Made by a program: the position numbers and the translations under genes | Notes under the pieces: generated by a model | Seen by the model: only the letters and a program-made list of their open reading frames with translations | Databases searched by the model: none | Told to the model about the DNA's origin: nothing | From: Octopus vulgaris | Taxonomy: Eukaryota | DNA length: 64,000 nt | Assembly (NCBI GenBank): GCA_951406725.2 | Contig: OX597815.1 | Location: 106,330,001-106,394,000, forward strand | Reading direction: 5' to 3' | Shown: one piece after another, positions 12,186-24,674 of the stretch | How the letters are laid out: every line of letters starts with the position of its first letter | How positions within the stretch are numbered: the stretch's first letter is position 1

Positions 12186-12620
12186 AATATACAACTTCTC
12201 ATTCAATTCCTTAAAGGATTTATGAGCACCAGTGTCTAAGTTTAAGGTCAAATCAAGGGAATCATCCATTTCAGGTTGATTTCCATGGTGACCTTGAGTT
12301 AAAGATAATTCAGAGTATGAGTTTTTCCTAAACCTATCAAGTGTGTGGCTGTTCGCCCCTGTTGAAATCACCAAAGCATCGTAAGAGCAAACTTAGTTGA
12401 TAAAAAAAGCAAATGAGGTCGCACACATCAGCACTGTCAAATGCCCCCATCAATGCATTGAAGGAGCCTTTCCTGTCAATTTGTTTGACTTGGGGCATTC
12501 TCTTGTTGAAGAGCAGAATTTTTCTGGAATACATGATAATGTTTGATTACCCATTTCTGTATAGGCCTGAGCTAAATTCAGCACCATATATAACAAAACC
12601 CTCGATATTGGGGTATTAAA
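12186..12620 (-). mobile_element. Penelope-like reverse transcriptase remnant
   Basis: RKILLFNKRMPQVKQ...FNALMGAFDSADVCDLICFF and DSLDLTLNLDTGAHKSFKELNEKLYI resemble PLE RT motifs (FDVTMGSYDGAEVCELVG; FLDVTLNL..G.YKPY.KPN). Confidence 0.75.
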
Positions 12621-13325
12621 CTCCACTATATCAGATTAAGTAAACCTTGCTCTACATCTACTGTTATTGGTTTTAAACTATGTAATGACCTTATTGACAC
12701 TACACTGAAATGCAAGGTCAGAGGCTCTCCTAATGTGACTGAGCTTCATAAACAGACACTTGCTCACCAGATTGATCTCCAGCTTTACAGGATTCATCAG
12801 ACAACACTTGAGGTAAGAGGTAAAGTTCGGTTTGTAATCCTTAATTGAGCCCTGATAGTCCTGAAGTGTGTGACTTCATTGGCTTACATGTATTGAGTGC
12901 TAGAGAGTCTGTGTCGTTAAGAAGTTTGCTTCCCAACCATGTTTTGGGTTCTGTTCCACCACGTGGCACCTTGAGCAAATGTCTTCTCCTATAGCATGGG
13001 CTGTCCAATGCTCTTGTGAATGAATTTGCTACATGGGAACTGTAAGAATCCCAATGTGAATGTGTGTGTGTCCTTGTTCCAACATTGCGGGATTGTTGTA
13101 AATAAATGTCATTAACTTCCAATATTCTGCAAAAATATCTCTGTCGATGGGGAAAGAGGTAAAGGTTGTTGATGGGAAGGGCATCCAGCTATGGAAAATC
13201 TGCTTCAATAAACCCTGTCCAATCCATGCAAGCATTGGAAAGCAGACTTGAAAACAATATAGTATACACACACACGCATACATACATATATATATATACA
13301 TGTATTTTATTCATACTTATTTATT

Positions 13326-13881
13326 GCCCACAGGGGGTAAACGTAGAGGAGTTAAACAAAGACAAAAAAAGGGATTAAGTCGATTACATCAACCCCAGTG
13401 CATAACTGGTACTTAATAGACCCTAAAAGGATGAAAGGCAAAGTCGACCTCGGCGGAATTTGAACTCAGCATGTAACGGCAGACGAAATACCTATTTCTT
13501 TACTACCCAGAAGGGGACAGACAAAGGGATTAAGTCGATTACATCGACCCCAGTGCTTAGCTGGTACTTAATTTATCGACCCCGAAAGGATGAAAGGCAA
13601 AGTCGACCTCGGCGGAATTTGAACTCAGAACGTAGCGGCAGACGAAATACCTATTTCTTTACTACCCACAAGGGGCTAAACACAGAGAGGACAAACAAGG
13701 ACAGACAAACGGATTAAGTCGATTATATCGACACCAGTCGTAACTGGTACTTATTTAATCGACCCCGAAAGGATGAAAGGCAAAGTCGCCCTCGGCGGAA
13801 TTTGAACTCAGAACGTAACGGCAGACGAAATACGGCTACGCATTTTGCCCGGCGTGCTAACGTTTCTGCCAGCTCGCCGCC
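13326..13881 (-). mobile_element. tRNA-derived SINE with three tandem internal units
   Basis: Three copies of ggattaagtcgatta..cga..ccagt...ggatgaaaggcaaagtcg.cctcggcggaatttgaactcag; head ggcggcgagctggcagaaacgttagc on the minus strand; CpG-rich, so probably young. Confidence 0.85.
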
Positions 13882-13886
13882 TTTTA

Positions 13887-14017
13887 TTACTATTTAGTAG
13901 ATAAACAGAGTGAGTCAAGGGGCGAGAGTTTCGTGCATTAACACTTACCAAATAAGTGCTAACACACGAAACTCTCGGCTCTTGAGTCTCTCTGTTGCTT
14001 CTGCTAAATATTAGTAA
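13887..14017. repeat. ~130-bp hairpin (MITE-like) just upstream of SRRM1
   Basis: aacagagtgagtcaaggggcgagagtttcgtg...cactta / taagtg...cacgaaactctcggctcttgagtctctctgtt with a 5-nt loop. Confidence 0.8.
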
Positions 14018-14209
14018 ATATATAAATAAGGAGAGGGAGCGAGTGTGTGTATATAATATATATATATATATATATATTATGATTATTACTACACAACGTT
14101 AAAAGATCAAAAGTACACACGTGTATGCAATAGTGGTTCCCCCTTAAGAGATGCAGCGATAACAGGAGTAGATAACCACTGGAAACTGTGTACTAATAGC
14201 AACATACAA

Positions 14210-14223
14210 ATGCATTGTGGGTA
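14210..14223 (-). promoter_or_regulatory. ZNF143/Staf-like site in the SRRM1 proximal promoter or 5' region
   Basis: atgcattgtgggta is the reverse complement of TACCCACAATGCAT, which fits the Staf consensus, 60 nt before the ATG. A YY1-like aatatggctgc is at 14476-14486. Confidence 0.45.
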
Positions 14224-14283
14224 ACTTTTTGCCTGGGATTTTTTGCACGTTCTCTAGATAGAAGCTGCATAAATACCGCAATC

Positions 14284-14307
14284 ATGACGGATGCAGGGTT
14301 CTTTAAG
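14284..14307 (+). CDS. SRRM1: SRRM1 coding exon 1 (MTDAGFFK)
   Basis: ATG at 14284; peptide matches the SRRM1 N-terminus MDAGFFR; donor AAG|gtaaaa at 14308; phase 0 join to exon 2. Confidence 0.9.
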
Positions 14308-17300
14308 GTAAAAAGACTAAAAACTATCTCTTATTCACTAGTCATTTTTCTTATGTCTGCCCTGCTGTGTCCTTTTATGTAGATTGTACGATAATCGGTG
14401 ATTTAAAAACATGCTAACCGAGTACAAAGACTAATCTAAACGTGTGTGTGTCTCTATGTAGGTCAGACACTTTACAATATGGCTGCTCTGTTACCTGTTT
14501 ACCGCTCAAAACTACACTATATTTATATCTATATCACGAACATAATCTTCGCATTTGTGTAATATGCACGTATAAATTTTATTAAAAAAGATAGAGATTT
14601 GAATTTAAAACTTCACTGGAGCTTTACGTACTATGTTGAAATGCTCTGTAATTAAAACATGGTTTTTATCCTCTGATAAAACCTCAATAGGTTTCGCTTT
14701 TTTTTTCCTTTCAGTTCTAGCAAAGCTTTCATTTTTAATTTTGTTCTTGTGGAATGTTATTGAAAGACTAAAGTTTTATGTTTTTATTTTCATTTTCACT
14801 TTTTAGTTATCTAAAAGTATTTTCATATTGAAATACCAAAATAAAATACACTTTGGTGAGAAAAATATTCCTCTAGTTTAGACTTCATGTATAATGTATG
14901 TGTGTATATATAAATATATATATAAGCTGTGTATTTCGTTAAGAGTCCTCATGGCTTAATAAAACGGAGCTTGAGCAAAGGCGTTCCAGCCATAGCCATC
15001 CTCTCTTCATAGAATGTCTAACTACATTATCAGATGTGTCCTTTTTTTTTTAGATTAGTGATTTGAGGTAGATTTGGTTGCTACTTCTAGCAATTTGCGC
15101 GACCACAGCATCTTCAGTCTTGTCATGTTAATGATTTAACCCTTTTGACATAACGAAATGTGACTGTCTACTTACTACATTTTTATAACTTACTGAAAAT
15201 TTATTTGAAAACTTCGATCAATAACCACATAAAAAAATTTTTTTAAGACATTGCAATTGTTGTTTCACGACGAATACATTTCGGACTGTTTTCATTACTA
15301 CATGTGATCATGATTTGAGCAGATTAAGGCAAAATTGTGGGGATGGTAGATGTTGGCTATGCCACTTTACTGTCTCTAAGAAATATCCATCGATTTGAAA
15401 TGCGGAGGACTAACGAAAAAGTGCCAGGATACTTCATAATCACCATTGTCTTCGCTTTATTTTTTAAAATGTTTTACAAGTTTATAATTTATTTTATATT
15501 TTCTTTAAAAAAAAATTTTATTTTTTTTTACTATTTTATTCCTATTACTATGTTTATTTTTATATATAGACGGAGCAGATCTATTATGAAATTTCCAACT
15601 CTGATCATGCTGCATTTCTTTTACATATCTAGAACCACATCTCCCCAGTCCTTTCTTTTTTTAAGACCATATAATGTAATTTTTTAGATGGTTTGGCCTC
15701 GCTTTTCAGCAGGTCGAGCGACCTTTTGAAGCATTTTTTAAAATCTTCTTTTACCTGCTTGCCATCTCAAGTTTCACCACACATATTAAAGATGGTGTAG
15801 TCTTGAATGTACAAGAGGATTGTTAGCTCGTTTTATCTAGTGTGCATTTAGTGCTATTTAATCCAATGTTACCTTAGGTCGATAGCGTGATTAGAGGGAG
15901 ACTGTCGTTCTAGTCTATTAAGTATTGCGTAGATGTACTCTCGATTCGTTTGTATACGACCAACTTACTTCGAGTCATATAACATGCACACATTTGCATT
16001 GTTCTCTGTTTTTCTACCATGTGCTCGTCACTTTTTTCAGACTGCGGTCCTGTGCAACAAACTCCAAGCCTTGTTCCATGTTATGCAATGCGTGGTTTCG
16101 ATTCCCTTTTATTGCACACTCTCATATAAACATGCTTAATGCTCATTAGAACTGCTCGACGGCCATGCATCTTTATTGTCAATCCAGCCCTCTGTATAAA
16201 TCGAATATCCGTGTTTTATAAAAAAAAAAAACTACGCCTAACAAACTGCTTAGTAGAATTTCTTCCGCCTCATTTACGTTCCGGCGTAGTCGACTTTGCC
16301 TTTCATCGTTTCTTTCTCGATAAAATAAGTACCATTTGAGTCAATGAAATGGACTAACCCCCCTCCCACTAAAATATGCTGGCCTTTTGTCAAAATTTGA
16401 AACCATAATTACTATTACTCCTTTAATGGTAGTGGAACGCTATTGGTGCTCCAAAGTAACGAAATGTTTTGATTTGTATTATCATGATTTAGTTTTTCTC
16501 GCTGTCGTAAAGCAAACCCGGCTATGATCAACTAACTTTTTCAAACCGTCACTACATTTGTGGAAGCTTATAGAATTACGTTCCACTCATGTGCTGTAGG
16601 ATTTGTTTAATCGGTTATATACCACGATGTGTGGAGCCAACATAGGAACTATTGCGGAGTCGCTAGCCTGCTAGAAAAGCAACCAAATTACTCCCAAATC
16701 TCATGCCTCCGTCTTCCAAAAAGATACATTGCTTCCCTTCACATCGATGCTGTAATGTTTTCGATAACAGGTTTGTTCGATCAAGGCTGATCGGTTGAAC
16801 AACAGCCTAGTTCGAATGAGAAATTGTCGATCGATACGCCTCCTCCAAAATTAAATTAAATATTCCCTCCTTCGATAACAAAATGGATAATCTTGTGTAT
16901 GTTAGAAATCATTATTTATTATGAGATTCTATACAATTATTAACACTAAATTAATCTCGTACCTTATTTCCGTTTGTATTTGTTGCTAGTTCAGATGGTC
17001 GCTGCTGAAATGCCCAATGCATGCGTCTCCCTCATTTAAGCTAGTCTGGATACAAACAGCTGGTTTTATCTCACTTAATCCTGTGACACACTCTGTGTGG
17101 TAACCTGTAATTGTTTATCCAGTCTTGAGGACGATTTTTTCTTTTGTTTTGGCCCAATAAAATACATATTGAAATCATATTTGTGGAATACAAAGGAATA
17201 CGAGATACTTGCCACATATTGCGTTCACCCTTAATCCACCGTCTTCTATTAAGTTTTTTTTATACTCTAATCTTTAAATAAGTCTTATTAAACTGTAATT

Positions 17301-17861
17301 GTTTAACTCTTCAATGTAATCTTGTTAAATACGCGACTCTACTACTGATTCTCAACCAGCCATAACATCATCGGAAATGTTTACTGAGCAAAAAGTAATT
17401 CAAATATGAAGAAAATGCTTGATTATGAAAAAATATTTTTGTTTCATATTAAGTTTCTAAAATACCTCTTTGTAGTCTCAACATAAGTTTGCAGGCGTTT
17501 GAAAGAAAACTTTCTGGCTTCCATCTTTCTGTGAAGAATTTTTTAAATTTGTATATTGATGAGCCCAAAAAAGAAGCCTCAACGTAGTCATTTGATTTTT
17601 TTAGAAATAACAGCCAAATATTAATCCAAATCATACCATTATCTTTAAAAATTGCTGCAAATACTACGAAAACAAGCTGTGATCATGGCTGGAATGATTT
17701 TTAGTATAGATCTATAAATATATAGGTGTTCTGTAATAGATTCACCATTTGTAAATAGATAAAAATGTCAAGCATTTTGTAAATATTTCATATATATATA
17801 TATATATACACGAATAGGTAAATAAATGGAGTTGAACGAAGAGGTTAATAAAATTCTTTTA

Positions 17862-17941
17862 CTTTCGACATGTTTCAAAGACAACACGGTTTTATTCCAA
17901 AGGAATAAACGGTGTAAGATGCAATCTTCTCATCAGGAAAG
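17862..17941 (-). ncRNA. Minimal type-I hammerhead ribozyme, antisense in SRRM1 intron 1
   Basis: Minus strand: ctttc-CTGATGA-gaaga[internal hairpin]tcttt-GAAAC-at-GTC-gaaag; complete core, 5-bp stem I, palindromic ACATGT stem III. Confidence 0.75.
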
Positions 17942-18001
17942 AAAGAGAATATTGAATTTTCCATGTTAACGGTAAACATAGGATAATTCATTCACCCATT
18001 G

Positions 18002-18035
<34 letters not shown>

Positions 18036-18951
18036 CCAAGAAATATAATAGCTATCCAATATACTGCTGGTAGAATACCCAATTATTAATATACAAGTGT
18101 TTTTTCATTGCATTTAGTTGCTGTTTAGCTTCTGGGTTAACCATGATTGAGTAGACTTTACACTCTAAAGCATTCAAGATGTAACCACTTCTTCCCCGCA
18201 GTGGTGTGCTGTGGTTAACATTTCATTATTCACTGTTTCCTTCTTTATCAGGTGATGGTCGTTTGAAGGAAATTTGGATGCTATTTCTAGCAGATCAAGT
18301 CCTCGGTCACCCATCTGAATTTAGTTTTCTATCTTTGAGATTGCCCACAAATAAAATGTAGTGCATATTTGTTTCAGCGAGTTTGAGCTTGTTTACAACT
18401 TTACTGTTTAACTCTGGTTTCATACAAAGTTCTGTATATTTCACTATTCCTACTTTTAAGTAAAGATTCTAATTTCTGGTTATAAAGGCTTTCAAAAAAT
18501 GCTGCAGACTTAGTGTATAAAATTGAAGCAATATGATGGGCACAGTTGTGGTTGTGTAGTAGGCTGTTCACTTCCCAACTACATGGTTCCAGGTTCAGTT
18601 GCAAGTGTCTTCTACTATAGTTTCAGGCTGCCCAAAGCCTTGTTAGTGGATTTGGTAGACAGAAAATGAAAGAAGTCCATCATGTATGTGTGTGTTTGTC
18701 TCTCAACATTGCATAATAGTTGTAAATGGGCGTCACTGTCATACAAGCAGAATTATTCATTTCCAATATTCTGAGAACATGTCTGGAATCAGGTGAGGGT
18801 TGGTGACGGGAAGGAGATCTGGCTGTAAAAACTCTGATTCATGCATGAGAAAACTGGATGTTAAATGATAATGATGAAATTATCTGTTTTTAATTTTATT
18901 TACCTCAACCATTTTCCTAATAAATAATATGAAATTTTTCTTCACTTGTAG

Positions 18952-19041
18952 GGAACCACTGCAGAGCAGGACAATCGGTTTGCTGATAAAAAGAAAAAAC
19001 TTTTGAAATCAATGAAGTTCGCAGATGGATTGGAGAAAAAG
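18952..19041 (+). CDS. SRRM1: SRRM1 exon 2 (GTTAEQDNRFADKKKKLLKSMKFADGLEKK)
   Basis: Acceptor ttcacttgtag, donor AAG|gtaaat; 90 nt; matches SRRM1 GTSAEQDNRFSNKQKKLLKQLKFAECLEKK. Confidence 0.95.
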
Positions 19042-20285
19042 GTAAATAATTTTGTTTTACACATAAAGGTAAAATTATGATCTTAAAACAGCAGTTTACT
19101 TTAGGTTGACTAAACTTGACAGTTATCAAACAATTTTCTGTCTTCATAAAGCATGTCATTTGGGTGGAAAACTCTTAAGAATTTTTGTACTAAAGATTAT
19201 TCGTTAAATTTTACTTAAAGCAGTGCTAAGTAAAGCTTGTATTTATATTTGGTTTAGTCAATCTAGCTATTGTTATATGGTCAGTAGGTATGATTCCTAC
19301 CTATCTCTTGATAGTATCATCATATTCTGGCATTAAAAGCAACATTCAATGAAAAATTAGCTATTTCTTGGAATATGACAAAACTAGAAAAGAAAGTCTA
19401 ACAACTCAATTTTCTACAATGATAGTGCAAATGATATTTATATAAGCACAGGCTGTGTGGTTAAGAAGTTCACTTTGCAACCACATAGTTTTGATTTCAG
19501 CCTCACTGTGGAATCTCGGACAAGTGCCTTCTACTATAGCTCAAGCCTTGCAAGTGAATTTGACAAATTGAAAAAAAGCTAATTATGAATGTGTACATTA
19601 TATACACAAACACGTGTTGTCTTGACATTGTTCTCTGATTGTAAACAAATGTCAGTCATAAAAACAACAAACTGTCATTTGCATGAAACAGGTGATGTTT
19701 GCAACAGGAATGGATCTTGTAATGAGAAAATCTTCCTCAATGAATTTTATTTGATCCCTGCAAACATGAAAAAATGTTAACATGATATATAGAACAGTAA
19801 TACCTTCATATCAATGGTTGATAAATTAGTTCCTGTTTTCCTTTCTTTTCTCTCTCTCAAATTAAATTCAAAATTTGGTATAGAATTGTATAATGGTATA
19901 TAATTTCTCTTTAAGGCCATTAATCCACTATAAATGACCGCCAGGAACTTTTGGTAATGTATATATTATTGGAAACTGATGAGTAAAAATTTGTTTACAG
20001 ATTTTAAAAGCAGATTAAAAAAATATCTTCAAAAGTTTACTTTCAAATGTTATTTTTCTATTTGATTAGACAGTTTGTTCTACCTTCATTAGATCTTGTT
20101 GATATTGATAATTTTATTAAAAAGATTTTTTTTCAACAATCAAGAGCATTCATATAATGAAATGATTCTTCACATATCTTTAAAATGTGATAAAAACATT
20201 TAAAAAGTATTACTGTTATTTGTATTGGTTGTTGTCTTGTTGGATCAAGCATTTATTAATATAATAATTATTTCTATAATTTTAG

Positions 20286-20408
20286 GTTGATATGAATAAA
20301 GTGAATGTAGAAACTCTAAAACCATGGATTTCCCAGAGAATCACTGAACTTTTAGGGATTGAGGATGATGTTATTGTTGAATTTGTATATAATCAACTTG
20401 AAGACAAA
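20286..20408 (+). CDS. SRRM1: SRRM1 exon 3, PWI domain (VDMNKVNVETLKPWISQRITELLGIEDDVIVEFVYNQLEDK)
   Basis: PWI signature; acceptor ttttag, donor AAA|gtaagt; 123 nt. Confidence 0.97.
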
Positions 20409-22671
20409 GTAAGTGCTTTTAACGGTTTGTTCTTGTTATATATTTATCACATGCATGTAATATTAGTAGATAACATTTAATTGAATGAATTATTTGACAT
20501 GTAAAATTGATATGTGACTTGTGTACATGCATTTCTTATAATAGATTTCATAATGTTGTTCTTTATCGTATAAACTGTATAATCATTTGTATATATAGAA
20601 TCTACTGAATTCTATAATGTATTTATATCATATCTGTATTTATATGTTTCTGGTTGTTTATGGTAATGTACTGATGTTTGGCTGTTTCCTCTCACAATTA
20701 GAGATGATCAAATTATAAACGCCTTCCCTGTCCCGTCAAAGTCCTGGCAAAGCTGCTCACTTGCAGGATTAATTTCTTACTATTATGTCGGCTGGATGCT
20801 ATTGGTCGTCGCTGCCATCGATGAGCAACAACCTTTCTCTCAAAGGTGGTATAAACCACATGGTCGGGACATTTTAAGACATTCTCAACCGTGGTATGTG
20901 TTTCTCTTGACCTTTGTTCCTCTTGCATCATTTATGGTAATTTGTTGCACACTACTCTTATCTTCTCCCCTTAAATAGTAACATTAGCATAGCATTTACA
21001 CACAAATATTATCTGCTAGTGAACAGGAACTGTTATGTGTGAGGGACTTCAGAAAAATGAGCATGTTTCATTCAGGGGTGGTGGTATTGAGTTGTGATTT
21101 TGGAATAGTCTGGAAAGTCAGTTTTCTATAAGGACTTCTAAATTTACTTTAGATCCTGTATGGAAACAAGTTATAAATCATCAGCATTTAATGCTGGCAT
21201 GGGTTGGGTCATCACAGTTATTATTTTTAAGTTACTGCCTTCTTAGATGGATTAGAGGACTACCTCTAAGTTTCATATTGATATGGTTTCTAAGGCTGGA
21301 TGCTCCCTGTTAACACCAAAAATTTTAATGTACTTTAGTAAAGTAGTTGGTGTTAGGAATATGCAAATATAATATTTGTATAATTTGCATATTTTATATT
21401 CCTTTAGAATAAAGTATGTTATTTTATTTACATGTTTACTTAATGCTGAGCACTGCTAATTGTTGTTTTATGATTTATTAGATTTAGCAATGATACATTG
21501 ACAAATTTTATAAAATGTGACCTATTAGTTGAATTGAATCCACTTACATTATACAAATACCTAAGTTATTGTATAATTTTCTTACTGTGTGTTTGTGTAT
21601 GTTTATGGCTTCTCAGTTTTAAAAGTTTTGTTTAACCTTTCCCTGGTCATCACTGATCAAGCAGACATGCTTCGGGTCAAAAGCATTGTAGTGACTATCC
21701 TGTCTTAAGTGTTTTTATGACTACATTATCTTATAGGGCCTTCCATTTTTAAAGATGGTATATTTTTAGGGAGATTAAGCTACAGCAGGTTTTAGTGACT
21801 GCTTAGTAGTGTCTTCCTTGATTCATCACTTTAAGGTTTTATGCAGTAGTATATGTGCCTACTATATACAATAGCATATGTATTTTCAATATTGGTTTCT
21901 ATTTTCTTATGTGGCTCTAGGATAATTTTTTAAGTGTATCTTCTATTTTCATCTGAAATTTTATATTTTAGGCTAGGCTTTTATATCTATAATTATATCA
22001 CTGTCATTTGAATGTAGCTGAATATTGTATTTAGGATATGAACAGGATTACTATTTTAGATTTCAGGCAAAATTATTTTTACTTTTTGTTCTGACCATTT
22101 TAGTTTTTTTTTCTTTTTTTCTACATGTGAGCTAGTTCATATATATATTTATATATTATATTATTCGTTAAGTATTAAAGAAATGTTTGTAGGACTAGTA
22201 ATGTTTGCATTTCTGTAGCATTCAGGTATTTTTCAGCGGTGGTTAAAGCATCCAAATGTCCAGCCTACATTTTTTAGAACCCCACAGCTTAGCTGTATTT
22301 TATTAATTGATGTCAGTTGGAATGAAGCAGTAGTTTATATTTTAAATTCAACTGCTTCTCTCAAAATAAATTTTTTGACCGTTAGTTAAGAATATATCAT
22401 TTGAAAAGCTAAAACACTATTGTGATTAGTGTCTACTTGTATATACAGTGATTTTAATATATTTGAGTTATTGTCCAGCAAGGACTTCTCACAGTTTTTT
22501 TTTTCTTTTACTTGGAATAAGCTAAGTATATTATCCCTTAAACTCTGAAGAAAACTTGAACTTGCTCATTGTAGCTTCTTTATTTTATTATTTGATTGTC
22601 ATGCAGGTAATGGCCTCTTGATTTCAGTATAACAATTATTGTTTAAGTTTTTTTATTCTATAACTCCATAG

Positions 22672-22845
22672 CAACAGCCAGATCCAAAGGATATTCAAAT
22701 TAATCTTACTGGATTCCTGAACCCCAAAAATGCCCGGATTTTTATGCAAGAATTGTGGGATCTGTTAATAAGCGCGCAGGATAATGTTAGTGGAATTCCA
22801 ACAAAATTCCTTGAACAAAAAAAGGAAGAAATAAAGAAACGTCAG
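22672..22845 (+). CDS. SRRM1: SRRM1 exon 4, second half of PWI domain (QQPDPKDIQINLTGFLNPKNARIFMQELWDLLISAQDNVSGIPTKFLEQKKEEIKKRQ)
   Basis: QINLTGFL..KNAR.FM.ELW.LL.SAQ motif; acceptor ccatag (alternative in-frame CAG 6 nt downstream); donor CAG|gtaggt. Confidence 0.95.
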
Positions 22846-23036
22846 GTAGGTGCATTCATGCTTACTTTCTCTGTTGCCATGTTTATCAGATTATCATGTT
22901 TATCACTTATTAGTTGGTTCCTTTCTAGAACCAATTTTGTTGGATCTACAAGCACAGTTTAACCATGCATATTTATTTTACTTTCAAAATAAAGATGGTA
23001 AATAAATCCTGATTTAACCTTTTCCCATTCCACTAG

Positions 23037-23146
23037 GCTGAACAGGAACGGATTCAAGCTGGTTTAAGAAAGCAAGAAGAACATATGAAAGACATTAATA
23101 AAGACCGTCACGATGGTGACAGAAGAGACCACAGGTCTCAAGATAG
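23037..23146 (+). CDS. SRRM1: SRRM1 exon 5 (AEQERIQAGLRKQEEHMKDINKDRHDGDRRDHRSQD)
   Basis: Acceptor cccattccactag, donor AG|gtgagc; phase 0 to 2; similar to IEQEKLASMKKQDE. Confidence 0.9.
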
Positions 23147-23199
23147 GTGAGCATCTGCATTTTCCATTTGTATTTTTTTTTTAAATTGCTATAAGCGTA

Positions 23200-23545
23200 A
23201 GCATGGCTGTGTAGTAAGAAGCTTGCTTCCCAACCACATGATTCCAGGTTCAGTTCCACTGTGTGGCACCTTGGGAAAGTGCCTTCAACTATATCCTCAG
23301 GCTGACCAAAGCCTTGTGAGTAGATTTGGAAGACAGAAACTGAAAGAAGCTCGTCATATATATGTATATATTTTATGTGTGTGTCTTTGTTCTGTATTTA
23401 CATCCCCATAACTTAGCAGTTCCTCAAAAGAGACCAATAGAATAAGTACCAGACTTACAAAGAATAAGTCCTGAGGTTGATTTCCTCGGCTAAAAGGTGG
23501 TGCTCCAATATTGCCACAGTCAAATGACTGAAACAAATAAAAGAA
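23200..23545 (+). mobile_element. tRNA-derived SINE (related copies at ~12910-13250, 18535-18875, 19445-19780)
   Basis: gctgtgtagtaagaagcttgcttcccaaccacatgattccaggttcagttccactgtgtggcaccttgg head shared among the copies. Confidence 0.75.
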
Positions 23546-24306
23546 TAGACTTTGTTCCTCCTTTCTACCAACATCCTCAAAAAAATAAATTATCCAGTTT
23601 ATTTTTTAGTGCAACTAAATAAGTAAATTGTGATGACTGAGCTCATGGAATTTTATTGGTATATGCAATACTAATTCCTCATGAATAGATGGTGATGTAT
23701 ATTATTGTTGTTTTAACACAGCATTGTGCTGAAGTGTCCGATCTTTCTGACATGTTTTTTGGCCACTGTCAACAAATATTAGGCATCATTTATTGTAATG
23801 TACCAGATAAAAGTTTGGTGGTGCATATCTTGTCACTGCTATACTTGTTTGATTTCAACAGGTCATGAAAGGCTTAATGATTATTTTCAATAGCTAAACA
23901 TATATTTTTCTGGGAAGACATAGCATGGGTAGCATACAAATAGCTTGATGAAAATTTATTAGAATTACTTTCTTGGAATTATTCCTGCAGTCTTTGTTTT
24001 TGCAATTTTCATATTCATTTACACACATTGTAAAGTGGTTTGGAAGAGCATTCAGCTGCAGAAACCAAGCCAAATCAGACTGGAACTTGGTGCAACCCAT
24101 GCTAACATAGAAAGCAAATGTTAAAGGATGATGATTTATTTTCTAATTGTCTAACCAACTTATGCCATTGGCTAATTCTTTATTGATTACAATAAAAGCT
24201 TGTTCCCAGGCTGCAGCCACACTGTGTTGGTTTAATAATAATTGGTGTTGGTAGATTAAGAAACAATTTATACTCAATCTTTGCTGGAATTTTTTTTCAT
24301 CTCTAG

Positions 24307-24471
24307 GTCAAGAAGCTCATCCAGGAGTAGGTCATCAAAAGACAGCAGTCAGTCTAGATCTCCACAACGACCTTCAATTGATTCAAAATCACCAAAGTTG
24401 ATTTCAGCTAGTTCCCCTGGCAGTAAAGAGGAACCCAGACCTTTGGAACCAAAGCTAGATATAATTGATAT
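24307..24471 (+). CDS. SRRM1: SRRM1 exon 6 (RS/SP-rich)
   Basis: Acceptor catctctag, donor AT|gtaagt; 165 nt, phase 2-2; open frame SRSSSRSRSSKDSSQSRSPQ. Confidence 0.88.
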
Positions 24472-24674
24472 GTAAGTAAAATTGAAAATTCCAGTTTTCT
24501 ATTTTCTTTAAAAAATTGATTGATGGTATACTCAACAATTAACTATCACCTAGATCATACAATTGTTTTACACTTTCATCATTGTGTGCATGTAAAATTT
24601 AAAATAGCAAATTTTAATAATCCTTTCTACTTATGTTAATTGCTTTTATTATAAATTCTTTCAATTCAAAATAG

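Noticed and set aside
13370-13830. CRISPR-like repeat array
   Set aside because: The units are long tandem SINE bodies without unique spacers; eukaryotic context and no cas genes.
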